Source: Thermoanaerobaculia bacterium
GTDB taxonomy: Bacteria > Acidobacteriota > Thermoanaerobaculia > Multivoradales > UBA5704
DNA length: 64,000 bases
Assembly (NCBI GenBank): GCA_044226625.1
Contig: JBGAGQ010000024.1
Span: 16,570 to 80,569, forward strand
Direction: 5' to 3'
Of this stretch, positions 40,613 to 50,597 are shown piece by piece. A program made the translations under genes and the position numbers. Position 1 is the stretch's first letter. Each line of letters opens with the position of its first letter. The notes beneath the pieces were generated by a model. It was not told the origin of the DNA and searched no databases. It saw only the letters and a list, made by a program, of their open reading frames with translations.

Positions 40613-41653
40613 ATGGAAAAGATCCCTCGGCCTGCACCCGTCGCTCGCGTCCGCGTCACTCCGGCCGAAGGGGTCCAGGCCGCCGTGCGGCGGGCGATGG
40701 AGCTCGCCTCGTGGCGGGATCATGTCCGCGGCCAGCGGATCTTTCTGAAGATCAACACCTTGTCGTTTCCGCTCGTGCCGGGGACCAACACCTCCCCCTG
40801 GGTGCTCGAAGGGGTGCTTCAGACGATCCGTGAGGCGATGCCCGAGGTGCGGCTCCAAATGGGGGACGCCCAGGTCGTCGGGGCCGACAACGTCCGACGG
40901 GCCGAGAAGATCTGGGGCTACGATCGGTTGGCCGCCAAGTACGGCGTCGAGTACGTCGATCTGTCGCGTGATCCGCTCGAAGAGGTTCCGGTCGACGGCA
41001 TGCACGTCAAGAAATTGGTCTTCCCGCGCACGCTGCTCGAGTCGGATTGCCTGGTGACGCTGCCGGTCATGAAGTGCCACCACCTCTCGACGATCACCGC
41101 CTCGCTCAAGAACCAGTGGGGGTGCCTGCCCACGTTTCGGCACAACTTCCACCCGGTGCTCCATCAGGTGATCGTCGATATCAACCAGGCGCTCGCGCCG
41201 CGATTCACCGTGATCGACGGCACGGTCTGCCAGGAGGGCAAGGGGCCGCGGACCGGCGACGTGCGAATCGCCGATCTGGTGATCGCCTCGCCGGATCTCG
41301 TGGCTGCGGACGCCGCCGCGGCGCGCTACATGGGGTTCGACCCGCGGTCGATCGGCTTCCTTACCAATGCCGAAGCGCGCGGCCTCGGGTCGATCGAGGG
41401 GCGGATGGTCGGGGACGACGTCGGCTCCGAGCAATTCGCGACGCCCAAGAGCAACCTGCTCGGCGGGCTCCACAAGCGGCTGCGGGCGTCGTTCTTGAAG
41501 CCGCTGCTTTTCGACACGCCGCTGGTGCAGGTGCTCGCCAAAGGCGCGTTGGTCTACAACTCGCTCCTCTGGTATCCGTTCGTCGCCCGGCCGCGGGCGA
41601 AGAAGCTGATCCGAGAAAGCTGGTACGGCCCGCAGTTCCCTTATCGAGGCTAG
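40613..41653 (+). CDS. DUF362 family Fe-S-like protein
   Basis: IFLKIN, NTSPWV, TLPVMKCHHL..ITASLKNQWGC, IDG..CQEGKGP..G, DLVAADA motifs. Confidence 0.85.
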   Translation: MEKIPRPAPVARVRVTPAEGVQAAVRRAMELASWRDHVRGQRIFLKINTLSFPLVPGTNTSPWVLEGVLQTIREAMPEVRLQMGDAQVVGADNVRRAEKIWGYDRLAAKYGVEYVDLSRDPLEEVPVDGMHVKKLVFPRTLLESDCLVTLPVMKCHHLSTITASLKNQWGCLPTFRHNFHPVLHQVIVDINQALAPRFTVIDGTVCQEGKGPRTGDVRIADLVIASPDLVAADAAAARYMGFDPRSIGFLTNAEARGLGSIEGRMVGDDVGSEQFATPKSNLLGGLHKRLRASFLKPLLFDTPLVQVLAKGALVYNSLLWYPFVARPRAKKLIRESWYGPQFPYRG

Positions 41654-41660
41654 CCAGCCG

Positions 41661-42674
41661 GTGACCTCGGCCGCGCCGGCCGAACCGGCCGATCTTTCTT
41701 CTCCTCGCCTGCCCGAGCCATCGGCCGCCGGCCGACGCAAGCGCTGGATCTCGATCGCGGTGAGCGTGGCGCTGCTCGCCCTGATCTACCGGAAGATCGA
41801 CCTCGCCGCGATCGGCGCAGTCCTCGCCCAATCCCATTTCGGATGGATGATCGCCGGCCAGCTCGCTCTGGGCGCGATCAAGCTCGTCCAGGGCTGGCGG
41901 CTGCGCCGCCTGATGCCGAGCGGCACCCGCCTCGGCGGCCTCGAATCGGTGCGCTTGATCCTGGTCGCCGACGTGATGAACATGGTGCTCCCCTCGAAGA
42001 TGGGAGACATCGCCAAAGCCTTCTTCCTGAAATCGCGCGGGCACCTCCCCGGCTCGCTCGCCCTCTCGCTCACCGTGTTCGAGAAGGCCTACGACGTGCT
42101 CGCTCTCTTCCTCTGGTGTGACATCGGACTGTACTTCCTACCGGGCAAAGGGCTCGCCCTCTGGCTCGCCGCGGCGGGGATTTCGGCGGCGACGATCCTC
42201 GGGTTCCTGACCCTCAATTCGGAGGCTTTCGCCCGTTTCGCCTTCGGCGTCGCGCTGTGGATCGCTCCCAAAAAACTCCAATCGAAGCTCGCCAAGCTGC
42301 GCGACGCCTGGGCCGAAACCCGAACCACCCTCCGCCGCGAGCCGGCCCGCCACGCCCAGGTGGTGGCGATCTCGATCGGCCTCTGGCTGCTCCACTTCGT
42401 CCAGCTCTGGATCTTCATCCTCGCCCTGCGGGCTTACGTACCGTTCCTCGCCCACATCGGCCTCGCCTCCCTCGCGATCCTCGCCGGCCTCACCCCCTTC
42501 ACCTTCGCCGGCCTGGGAACTCGCGACGCGGCGCTGGTCGCTCTCTACGCCCCCTACCTGAACGCCCAAACCGCCGCGGCGCTCGGCCTGCTGTTCACCT
42601 CCCGCTACCTGGTCCCGGCGCTGGTGGGGCTGCCGTTCTTCCGGAAGGATCTGGAGGAGATGCGGCGGAGGTGA
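41661..42674 (+). CDS. Lysylphosphatidylglycerol synthase TM domain / UPF0104 flippase-like protein
   Basis: MVLPSKMGDIAKA, EKAYD, PFTFAGLGTRDAA motifs; many TM helices. Confidence 0.85.
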   Translation: MTSAAPAEPADLSSPRLPEPSAAGRRKRWISIAVSVALLALIYRKIDLAAIGAVLAQSHFGWMIAGQLALGAIKLVQGWRLRRLMPSGTRLGGLESVRLILVADVMNMVLPSKMGDIAKAFFLKSRGHLPGSLALSLTVFEKAYDVLALFLWCDIGLYFLPGKGLALWLAAAGISAATILGFLTLNSEAFARFAFGVALWIAPKKLQSKLAKLRDAWAETRTTLRREPARHAQVVAISIGLWLLHFVQLWIFILALRAYVPFLAHIGLASLAILAGLTPFTFAGLGTRDAALVALYAPYLNAQTAAALGLLFTSRYLVPALVGLPFFRKDLEEMRRR

Positions 42675-42701
42675 CGGCGGGATCGACCGCGGGATGCGCG
42701 G

Positions 42702-43298
42702 TCAGTCCGACGAGTCTTCCTGGAAGTCCCCGGAGTCGGAGTCGCTCCAGATCAGCGAGAGGTCGAGCTCCACGGCGTCGAAAGGCTCGGCGCGGACTTT
42801 CCCTTGCCCACCGTGGACGGCGACGATCAACCAGCGTCCTTCGTGGAGACGGAGGACTTCGAGGGTCTGGGCTCCGGGATCGATGACCCAGGCATGATGG
42901 ACCCCGGCGCGTGCGTAGATCTGAAGCTTGGTCGAGCGGTCGAAGCGGCGAGTCGAGGGGGAGAGGATTTCGCAGACCCAATCGGGGATCACCGTGTACG
43001 GACCCTTGCGGACCGCGGCGAACCGCTCCTTCTTCCAGCCTGCTAGATCAGGAACCAGGAGCTGAGGACCGAAGAGCACTTTCGGTTCGTCGAGGATGAT
43101 CCATCCTCCCGGGCCACCGACCCCATGGCGGAAGGGACCCATGAGCATCCACCCCAGCTCACTCGCGGCTTCGACGTGCGGTCCCTCCGGACGAGGGTGG
43201 ACGATCAGCTCGCCGTCGACGAGATGGGCCACGACTTCCTCCGGAAGGTCGTCCAGATCGCGCAGGGTCGCGGGGGCGGATCGGCGTTCGGCGAGCAT
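42702..43298 (-). CDS. Uma2 (DUF820) family PD-(D/E)XK endonuclease-like protein
   Basis: LVDGEL, LVPDLAGW, PDWVCEILSPST..FDR..KL.IYA..GV...WVIDP. Confidence 0.9.
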   Translation of the reverse strand: MLAERRSAPATLRDLDDLPEEVVAHLVDGELIVHPRPEGPHVEAASELGWMLMGPFRHGVGGPGGWIILDEPKVLFGPQLLVPDLAGWKKERFAAVRKGPYTVIPDWVCEILSPSTRRFDRSTKLQIYARAGVHHAWVIDPGAQTLEVLRLHEGRWLIVAVHGGQGKVRAEPFDAVELDLSLIWSDSDSGDFQEDSSD

Positions 43299-43360
43299 TC
43301 GGTCGAATGGTACTCCCGAGCACCTCTCCGTACCATAGTGCGCGCGGGGATCTAGGCGCC

Positions 43361-44221
43361 TTACTTTCCTGCCGCCGCGTTCCGATCGGCCTCCTCCTGA
43401 TCGGCCTCCTTCTTTTCGACCGCGTGGCGCAGGCCGACCAGGTTGCGCAGGACGTTGAACCAGAACGGCGCTCCGAGGCCGAGGAGGAAGATGGTCAGGA
43501 TCAGCCCGAGGAAGCTCCTTACGCTGTCGAAAGCCAAGAGGCGCCAGGGCTGCGGGACCAGTTGCAGTTGGGTCGCCTCGAGCTGGGAGCTCACCTGGTC
43601 GGCACGAGCCTTCAGGTCGGCGAGCCCCTGCTCGGTTGCCGGGGCGGCCTTGGCTTCGAGGACCTTCTTGCTGGTCTCGAGCACCGAGTCGCTCATCGCG
43701 ACCAGCCGGGAGCGCAGCTCGGCGTTGGTCGAGATCTGCCGGAACAGGCTGATCGAGTCGAGTTGGAGGGCGAAAGCGACCAAGACAGCGAACACGGTGG
43801 TCGCCCAGCGAGTGCTCATCTTGAACCGCTCTCGGGCGCGGTCCATGACCGGCTCGAACCAGGCGTCGAGCCGCGCGAACAACTCCTCTTCCTTCTGGTC
43901 GAGGAGCGCCTTGAGCTTCGGATTCTCCTCGGCGAGCGATTGGAGGATCAGCTTGAGCTCGCTCGGGCGAAGCGCCGAGGCCAGGCGATGCTTTCCTTCC
44001 GCGATCACCGGGTGGGTGAGCACCTGGTCCGCGAGATCTTTCGCTTGGGACTTGATCTCCGGGTCGACCTCCCGCAGCAGTAGCTCCACGCCGCGGAGGA
44101 GGCTCTTGCCCCGGAGCTGGAGCAGGACCCCGACCATCTGGACCAGCACGGTGATCAGGAGAGAGAACATCAGGATGACGACGATGAAGCCGATCGCCGA
44201 ATCGAGATAGTTGAGGAGCAA
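43361..44221 (-). CDS. Hypothetical membrane protein (GAPFWF-type)
   Basis: GGAGG RBS before TTG 44221; LDSAIG TM, WFEPVMDRARERFK, LGLGAPFWFNVL motifs. Confidence 0.7.
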   Translation of the reverse strand: MLLNYLDSAIGFIVVILMFSLLITVLVQMVGVLLQLRGKSLLRGVELLLREVDPEIKSQAKDLADQVLTHPVIAEGKHRLASALRPSELKLILQSLAEENPKLKALLDQKEEELFARLDAWFEPVMDRARERFKMSTRWATTVFAVLVAFALQLDSISLFRQISTNAELRSRLVAMSDSVLETSKKVLEAKAAPATEQGLADLKARADQVSSQLEATQLQLVPQPWRLLAFDSVRSFLGLILTIFLLGLGAPFWFNVLRNLVGLRHAVEKKEADQEEADRNAAAGK

Positions 44222-44320
44222 GATTCCTCCTTTCGGCCGAAACCAGGCGGCCCCCTTTTCGATAGACAGACGCGGTGCGCCTATTCTGCTCTTCTTTTGG
44301 CCCTTCGCTGAAAAGCGGGG

Positions 44321-44346
44321 CGTAACATTCGATCGGGAGGCACGTT
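44321..44346 (+). promoter_or_regulatory. Candidate autoregulatory ECF promoter
   Basis: CGTAAC-N16-CGTT directly upstream of the ECF sigma gene. Confidence 0.5.
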
Positions 44347-44379
44347 CCAATGAGTGGAGACACCAGGAGGGACGACACC

Positions 44380-44988
44380 GTGCAATCGGCAACCGCTCCA
44401 ATTTCATCCACCGCCCCCCCCGGGCGATCCGCGGCCGCGAGGGCCGGCAGCCGGCCGGTCGGCGACGCCCAGGCCGTTCCGGCGACGCTCGAACGACTGT
44501 TCGAGCTGCATCACCAGGGGGTCTACCGCGCCGCGTACCGCATCACCGGCAACGCCTCGGACGCCGAAGACGTCATGCAGACCGTCTTCTTCCGCCTCGC
44601 CCGGCGCCAGGATCTCGACCTCACCGAGCAGGTCGGAAGCTACCTGCACCGGGCGGCGGTCAACGCGGCGCTCGATCTCGCCCGGAGCCGCAAGCGCGCG
44701 AAAGCCGTGGCGCTCGACGACGTCGCGGAGCATCTCGCCGACGTGCCGAGCGCCGGCCCCGAGCACCGCCGCGGCAACCGGGAGCTCGCCCAGGCGCTTC
44801 GCGCCGCCGTGGCGCAACTTTCACCGAAGCAGGCCGAGATCTTCTCGCTTCGCTATTTCGAGGGGCAGAGCAATCTGGACATCGCCCGGATGTACTCCTG
44901 CTCCCAGACCGCTGTAGCCGTCATCCTGCATCGTGCCCGCCATCGGCTGCAGAAAGAGCTTTCGGCGCACCAAGGAGCCCAGTCATGA
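44380..44988 (+). CDS. ECF RNA polymerase sigma factor
   Basis: VYRAAYRITGNASDAEDVMQTVF, YLHRAAVNAALD, region 4 ..LHRARHRL; AGGAGG RBS before GTG 44380. Confidence 0.92.
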   Translation: MQSATAPISSTAPPGRSAAARAGSRPVGDAQAVPATLERLFELHHQGVYRAAYRITGNASDAEDVMQTVFFRLARRQDLDLTEQVGSYLHRAAVNAALDLARSRKRAKAVALDDVAEHLADVPSAGPEHRRGNRELAQALRAAVAQLSPKQAEIFSLRYFEGQSNLDIARMYSCSQTAVAVILHRARHRLQKELSAHQGAQS

Positions 44989-47684
44989 GCCTGTTTTCGA
45001 ATCGAATCGACGAAGCCCGCCTCGATCAGGCGATCTCAGAGATCGCGTCCACTCCTGTCGATGAGCACGAGATGGCCGCCGCCGCGGCCCGGGTGCGCCA
45101 GAAGCTGGCCCAGTTCGCCGCGAAGGCCGATCTCGAATCCGACTTTGCGGAAGGCGCCTCCGAAACCGTGCCGGCCGCTTCGCCCGCGATCCACGCGGTC
45201 CACTCCCCGCTTCGCCACTGCGAAGACTTCCAGGCGGAGATTCCCGCCTATCTCGCCGGCGAGCTCCCGGCCGCCCGCGCTCTGCTGGTCGAGGACCACA
45301 CCCGCAGCTGCGTCCCCTGCCGCCGCGCCCTGCGCACCGCCCGCGAGGGCAAGCCGGCCGTCGCCGCCGCGATTCCCGCGCTGGCCTCTCCGGTCCGGCG
45401 CGACCGCCGCACTCTCTACGCTCTCGCCGCGGTGCTGGTCGCCGCGCTCGGCACCGGCCTCTTCCTGATGCAGGACTTCTTCATCTCGGGTGGCCAGATG
45501 GCGCGCGTCGAGGCGATCGAGGGGAGCCTCTATCGCATCGATGGCGAGCGAACCGCTCAGCTCGGAGCGGGCGCCGCGGTCAATGAAGGGGACGAGATCC
45601 GCACCGCCAAAGGATCGCACGCCTTCGTCCGGATGACCGACGGCTCGGTGATCGAGATGAGCGAGCGCGCCGGGCTTTCGCTCGACGCGGGCCGCAAGGG
45701 GAACACGATCGAGCTGGAGCGCGGCAAGATCATCGTCCAGGCCGCGAAGCAGCGGCCACGCCACCTGTACGTCGAAACCGACGACTGCCTGGTCGCCGTC
45801 ACCGGGACGATCTTCTCGGTCAATCACGGCACGAAGGGCTCGCGCGTCGCGGTGGTCGAAGGTGAGGTCCACGTCAACCAGTCGGGCCGCGAGGACGTCC
45901 TCCATCCGGGCGCCCAGGTGGTGACGGCGGCGAGCCTCTCGGCCGTGCCGGTCACCCAGGAAATCGCCTGGAGCAAGAACGCCGCGCAGTACGACCAGTT
46001 GCTCGCCGAGCTCACCGCGGCGAGCGCCGACATCGACTCGCAGATCGAACGGCCGGGCCTGCGCTACTCGACCCGCCTGCTCGACCTCTCGCCCGTGGGG
46101 ACCAAGGTGTTCATCGCGCTGCCGAACCTGGCCAAGAACCTCGGCGAAACCCAGCGCCTGCTCGACCAGAAACTCGAAGAGAGCGAGACCCTGCGGCAAT
46201 GGTGGCAGGACAACTTCTCCTCCGACGCCGAGCGCCGGAAGGTCCACGACCTGATCGAGCGGATTTCCGAGCTCGGCGGTCATCTGGGACCGGAAATCGC
46301 GATCGCCGTCGGCAAGCAAGTTACGGGCGCCGAGACCGAGCCGGTGCTCATGGCGGAAGTCGAGAACGCCGCGGCGTTCCAGGCGGCCCTCACGGCCGAG
46401 GTGGAGCGGCTCAACGGCGAAGCGGGCCGCGAGAAGCTCCGCATCGTTACGACCCTGCCGGCCACGTCGTCCGCCGCGGAAGATCGCGAGCTGATTCTCT
46501 ACGTCGGTTCCGACCTCTTCGTGGCGAGCCCGAACGCGGCGTTGATCAATCAGGTGGCCGCCAACGGCTCCGGGGCGAATCCGTTCCTGGAGACGCCGTT
46601 CCGCAACCGGGTCGCGGCCTCGTACCAGGACGGTGCGGGCTGGCTCTTCTCCGCCGATCTGGCGTCCCTGATCGGCGACAGCTCTGCCGAGCAAGGCGGA
46701 GCGGAAAGCGAAGACCATCAAGTCGCCGAGACGCTGGGCATCCTCGACATGGACCAGTTCATCGTCGAGCGTCGCGATCTCGACGGGCGGGCCGAAACCC
46801 GCGCCACCCTGACGTTCAAGCAAGCGCGCCGCGGCATCGCGGCCTGGCTCGCGGAGCCGGCTCCCATGCGGGCGCTCGACTTCGTGTCGCCCGACGCGAA
46901 CGCCGCCGCGGCTTTCGTGGTGAAGAATCCGGCGACGCTGCTCGACGAGCTGCTCGCGGCCAATCCGAAGTTCGCTTCGGAGCTCGCCGAGGCCGAGGCG
47001 CGGGAAGGGTTCCGCCTGCGCGACGACGTGGTGGCCCCCTTGGGCGGAGAATTCGCCCTGGCGCTCGACGGGCCGGTTCTGCCCAAGCCGTCCTGGAAGT
47101 TCGTGGCCGAGGTCTACGATCCCGCGACGCTTCAGCACACCATCGAGCTGACCGTCGAACGGCTGAACCGCGAGCTCGCGAAGAACGGCAAGGGCCGCGT
47201 GACCTTGACCTCCGAGACGAGCGGCGGGCGGATCTGGCATGCCCTCGCCTCGGAGGATCTGGGAATCTCGGTCCACTACGCCTTCGAAGGCGGTTTCGTG
47301 GTCGCCGCTCCCTCGCGGACGCTGCTCGAGAGGGCGTTTTCGGCCCGCGAGTCGGGCGCGACGCTCGGCCGGTCCGAACGGCTGCGCGACCTGCTCGGCA
47401 CGGATGGTCAGGTCAACGTCTCCGCGCTGGTCTTCCAGGACCTCGGAGCGCTCGCCAAGCAGGGGGCGAAGTTCATTCCGAAGTCGGCGCTCGAAGGCAA
47501 GGACGCGAGCTCCCTCCGGTCGTTCCTGGGCCAGGGGCCGAGCGCGATCTACGCCTACGCCGAAACGGATCGCATCCTGTTCGGGAGCAACGCGCTGAAC
47601 GGGCCGCTCGGCGACAATCTCAAGCTGCTCACCGGCTTTTCGAGCATCCTCCGCTCGATCGGCGGGCACGAGGGAGATTCGTAG
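44985..47684 (+). CDS. Large anti-sigma factor: zf-HC2 + TM + FecR domain + large extracytoplasmic domain
   Basis: ATGA overlap with sigma; HTRSCVPC (HxxxCxxC); one TM; DGSVIEM, VAVTGTIFSV, VAVVEGEV FecR motifs. Confidence 0.85.
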   Translation: MSLFSNRIDEARLDQAISEIASTPVDEHEMAAAAARVRQKLAQFAAKADLESDFAEGASETVPAASPAIHAVHSPLRHCEDFQAEIPAYLAGELPAARALLVEDHTRSCVPCRRALRTAREGKPAVAAAIPALASPVRRDRRTLYALAAVLVAALGTGLFLMQDFFISGGQMARVEAIEGSLYRIDGERTAQLGAGAAVNEGDEIRTAKGSHAFVRMTDGSVIEMSERAGLSLDAGRKGNTIELERGKIIVQAAKQRPRHLYVETDDCLVAVTGTIFSVNHGTKGSRVAVVEGEVHVNQSGREDVLHPGAQVVTAASLSAVPVTQEIAWSKNAAQYDQLLAELTAASADIDSQIERPGLRYSTRLLDLSPVGTKVFIALPNLAKNLGETQRLLDQKLEESETLRQWWQDNFSSDAERRKVHDLIERISELGGHLGPEIAIAVGKQVTGAETEPVLMAEVENAAAFQAALTAEVERLNGEAGREKLRIVTTLPATSSAAEDRELILYVGSDLFVASPNAALINQVAANGSGANPFLETPFRNRVAASYQDGAGWLFSADLASLIGDSSAEQGGAESEDHQVAETLGILDMDQFIVERRDLDGRAETRATLTFKQARRGIAAWLAEPAPMRALDFVSPDANAAAAFVVKNPATLLDELLAANPKFASELAEAEAREGFRLRDDVVAPLGGEFALALDGPVLPKPSWKFVAEVYDPATLQHTIELTVERLNRELAKNGKGRVTLTSETSGGRIWHALASEDLGISVHYAFEGGFVVAAPSRTLLERAFSARESGATLGRSERLRDLLGTDGQVNVSALVFQDLGALAKQGAKFIPKSALEGKDASSLRSFLGQGPSAIYAYAETDRILFGSNALNGPLGDNLKLLTGFSSILRSIGGHEGDS

Positions 47685-47705
47685 CCGATCGTAGCGGTTA
47701 GAATC

Positions 47706-47731
47706 GGAAACACCTCAACGAAATGGTCGTA
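47706..47731 (+). promoter_or_regulatory. Candidate ECF-sigma promoter for the four-gene ABC operon
   Basis: GGAAAC-N16-CGTA in the intergenic gap. Confidence 0.55.
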
Positions 47732-47816
47732 AGGTAGAGGCGCAGAAGGTTGCGCCTCTACCTGTTTCTTTGCGGTGCTCCTTCTTTCGTTTCGATCTGT
47801 CGAGGAGATGTCCCAA

Positions 47817-48749
47817 ATGACCCAAAACGTTCCCGTGATCGACCTCGAAGGTCTCGAGGTGACGCTGGGCAAACGCCGAATCCTCCACGGGCTCACCGCC
47901 AAGCTCACCGGTCGATCGATCGGTCTCCTCGGCCCGAACGGCGCGGGCAAGACGACGCTCTTGCACACGCTGCTCGGCTTCTACCCTCCGTCGGCCGGAA
48001 CCGCGCGGCTGCTCGGCAACGACATCCGGACCGACGGCCGCAACATCCGCGCGTTGATGGGGTACATGCCGGAAAACGACGCTTTCGTCGCCGGCCTCTC
48101 GGGAGTTCGCTTCGTCCGGCTGATGGCCGAGCTGTCCGGCCTGCCGCCGGAGCAGGCGCTCGAGCGGGCGCACGAGGCGCTCTTCTACGTCGGGCTCGGC
48201 GAGGCGCGCTATCGGCCGGTCGACGGCTACTCGCTCGGCATGAAGCAGCTCGCCAAGCTTGCCCAGGCGCTCGTCCACGGACCCAAGGTCCTGTTCCTCG
48301 ACGAACCGACCAACGGGCTCGATCCGCCAGCCCGCTCGCGCATGCTCCACCTGATCCGCGACATCCGCGACGCGGGGCAGGTGCGGGTCATCCTCTCCTC
48401 CCATCTGCTGCGCGACGTCGAAGAGTGCTGCGAGGAGGTCCTCGTGCTCAAAAACGGGCGGATCGCGACGTATTGCAACCTCGAGGCGGAGCGCCGGGCG
48501 AACCGCAGCTTTCTCGAGCTCGAGCTGCGCGCCGACGAAGGGGGCGAGCGGAGCTTCCGCGCGGCGCTCGAAGGGCTCGGCTGCGAGCTCGCCGAAGGGA
48601 GCCGGCGAAGGATCAAGCTGGTGCTGCCAGGAGGCGTCGAGGTCCGCGCCCTCTACCAGGCGGCGGCGGATCACGCGGTGCAGATCCGTCATCTCGACTA
48701 TCGCCGCGACTCGCTCGAAGACATTTTCTTGAAGGCGATGGAGGGTTAG
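47817..48749 (+). CDS. ABC transporter ATP-binding protein
   Basis: [30 protein letters not shown]; start 47817 or 47808. Confidence 0.93.
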   Translation: MTQNVPVIDLEGLEVTLGKRRILHGLTAKLTGRSIGLLGPNGAGKTTLLHTLLGFYPPSAGTARLLGNDIRTDGRNIRALMGYMPENDAFVAGLSGVRFVRLMAELSGLPPEQALERAHEALFYVGLGEARYRPVDGYSLGMKQLAKLAQALVHGPKVLFLDEPTNGLDPPARSRMLHLIRDIRDAGQVRVILSSHLLRDVEECCEEVLVLKNGRIATYCNLEAERRANRSFLELELRADEGGERSFRAALEGLGCELAEGSRRRIKLVLPGGVEVRALYQAAADHAVQIRHLDYRRDSLEDIFLKAMEG

Positions 48750-48753
48750 GCGG

Positions 48754-49620
48754 ATGGCCGTCTTCGAACGCAGCTACCGACCGTACGCCGGAGGCCTCAC
48801 TCCGGAAAAGCGGCGCTTCCTGATCTTGCCCCGATACGCCTACTCCGACGTGTTCAAGAGCCGGCTGTTCGCGATCTTCTTCGCCCTCTGCTTCGGCGTG
48901 CCGTTCGCGGGTCTGCTGATCGTCTACCTGCATCACAATCTCTCGGCGCTCAAGCTGTTCGGCATCACCGCCGAAAAGCTCAACGAGATCCTGCCGATCG
49001 ACGCCCAGTTTTTCTGGCGCGGCATGACGCTGCAGAGCAGCCTCTGCTTCATCATCACCCTCTTCGTCGGACCGGCGCTCGTAGCGCCCGACCTGCGCAA
49101 CAACGGGCTCCCGCTCTACCTCGCTCGGCCGTTCTCGCGCTCCGAATACGTGCTCGGCAAGCTCTGTGTGCTCGCGATCCTGATGTCCTCGATCACCTGG
49201 GTGCCGGGCCTCTTGCTCTGGGGCTTCCAGGCCTATCTCGAACCGAAGTGGGCGGCGGACAACCTGCAGATCGCCGTCGCGCTCTTCGTCGGCAGCTGGA
49301 TCTGGATCCTCTTCCTCTCGCTCTTCGCGCTCGCGATCTCGGCCTGGGTCAAATGGAAGCCGGTCGCGCGGATCGCGCTGTTCATGCTCTTCTTCGTCGG
49401 TCAGGCGTTCGGCCACGCCGTGCACGGCATTCTGGGCCTTTCGTTCGGCCGCCTGTTCGACGCCTCCGGAGCGAGCGAGGCGGTCTGGGCCTCGCTGTTC
49501 GGCGTACGGTCTCCGGACGGTCATCCTCTACCTCTCGCCTGGATCACGATGGTCGGCGGCTGCCTGATCTTCCTCTGGCTGCTCAAAACGCGCCTGCGTG
49601 CGTACGAGGTGGTGCGATGA
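48754..49620 (+). CDS. ABC-2 type permease
   Basis: [23 protein letters not shown] motif; ~6 TM helices. Confidence 0.88.
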   Translation: MAVFERSYRPYAGGLTPEKRRFLILPRYAYSDVFKSRLFAIFFALCFGVPFAGLLIVYLHHNLSALKLFGITAEKLNEILPIDAQFFWRGMTLQSSLCFIITLFVGPALVAPDLRNNGLPLYLARPFSRSEYVLGKLCVLAILMSSITWVPGLLLWGFQAYLEPKWAADNLQIAVALFVGSWIWILFLSLFALAISAWVKWKPVARIALFMLFFVGQAFGHAVHGILGLSFGRLFDASGASEAVWASLFGVRSPDGHPLPLAWITMVGGCLIFLWLLKTRLRAYEVVR

Positions 49621-50597
49621 GCCCGGCCATGAAATCAGCTTCGAGCCCCGGAGCGGCTTCGAGCGATCAGATCGTGCTCGAAAACGTTTCCAAGTTCTAC
49701 GGCGAGGTGCTCGGCGTCAACCGGATCGACCTGGTGATTCCGCCGGGGATCACCGGACTGGTCGGCCCGAACGGTTCCGGCAAGACGACGCTCATGAACC
49801 TGCTGGTCGGTCTGCTGCGTCCGAGCGCTGGAAGAGTGAGCGTCCGCGGTCTCTCGCCCGACCGGCCGGAGACGATGTTCCGTGAGATCGGGTTTGCCAC
49901 CCAGGTCGACGCTTTTCCGCCGGGCGTCACGGGTTTCGAGTTCGTCGAGCTACTGCTCCGCGTCTACGGCTTCTCGGCCGAGGATGCGCGTGCGCGGGCC
50001 GCTCGCGCGATCGACCGGGTGGGCCTCACCGAGGCGGCTTCACGCAAAGTCGCGGGGTACAGCAAGGGAATGCGCCAGCGCATCAAGCTCGCGCAAGCGA
50101 TGGCGCACGATCCCGCCGTGTTGATCCTCGACGAGCCGCTCAACGGTTTGGACCCCATGGCACGCGCCGAGGTGATCGCCCTGTTCCGCGAGCTCGCCGT
50201 CGCGGGCAAGCACGTCCTGGTCTCGAGCCACATCCTCCACGAGGTGGATCTGATCTCGGACCAGGTGGTGCTGTTGAACGGCGGATACGTCGTCGCCGAG
50301 GGAGAGATCGGCGGCGTGCGCGACGAGATGGAAGAGGAGCATCCGGTTCAGGTGATGATCCGCTGCGACCGGCCTTCGCTCCTCGCCTCGCGCCTGTTCG
50401 AGCACGACCACGTGGTCGAGGCGCGATTGAGCCACGACCGGCGGGGTCTACTCGTGAGCACGAAGGACGCCGACGGCTTCCACCTCCTGCTGAACCGGCT
50501 GGTGCTCGATAACGAGCTCGCGGTCGAGTCGGTGGTACCGGCCGACGCCGACGTGCACGCGGTCTACCAATATCTGATCGAACAGGGAGGGCGATGA
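49617..50597 (+). CDS. ABC transporter ATP-binding protein
   Basis: [31 protein letters not shown]; ATGA overlap. Confidence 0.93.
   Translation: MSPAMKSASSPGAASSDQIVLENVSKFYGEVLGVNRIDLVIPPGITGLVGPNGSGKTTLMNLLVGLLRPSAGRVSVRGLSPDRPETMFREIGFATQVDAFPPGVTGFEFVELLLRVYGFSAEDARARAARAIDRVGLTEAASRKVAGYSKGMRQRIKLAQAMAHDPAVLILDEPLNGLDPMARAEVIALFRELAVAGKHVLVSSHILHEVDLISDQVVLLNGGYVVAEGEIGGVRDEMEEEHPVQVMIRCDRPSLLASRLFEHDHVVEARLSHDRRGLLVSTKDADGFHLLLNRLVLDNELAVESVVPADADVHAVYQYLIEQGGR

Noticed and set aside
43299-44411. 569-aa extended Uma2 ORF in the track
   Set aside because: The upstream part overlaps the membrane-protein gene out of frame; Uma2 similarity starts near 43298
44211-44984. 1157-aa ORF suggesting a sigma/anti-sigma fusion
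   Set aside because: The upstream part is an out-of-frame read of the sigma gene; the ATGA overlap at 44985-44988 marks two separate genes
45036-47669. 877-aa minus-strand ORF opposite the FecR-domain gene
   Set aside because: Antisense shadow with no independent coding signal
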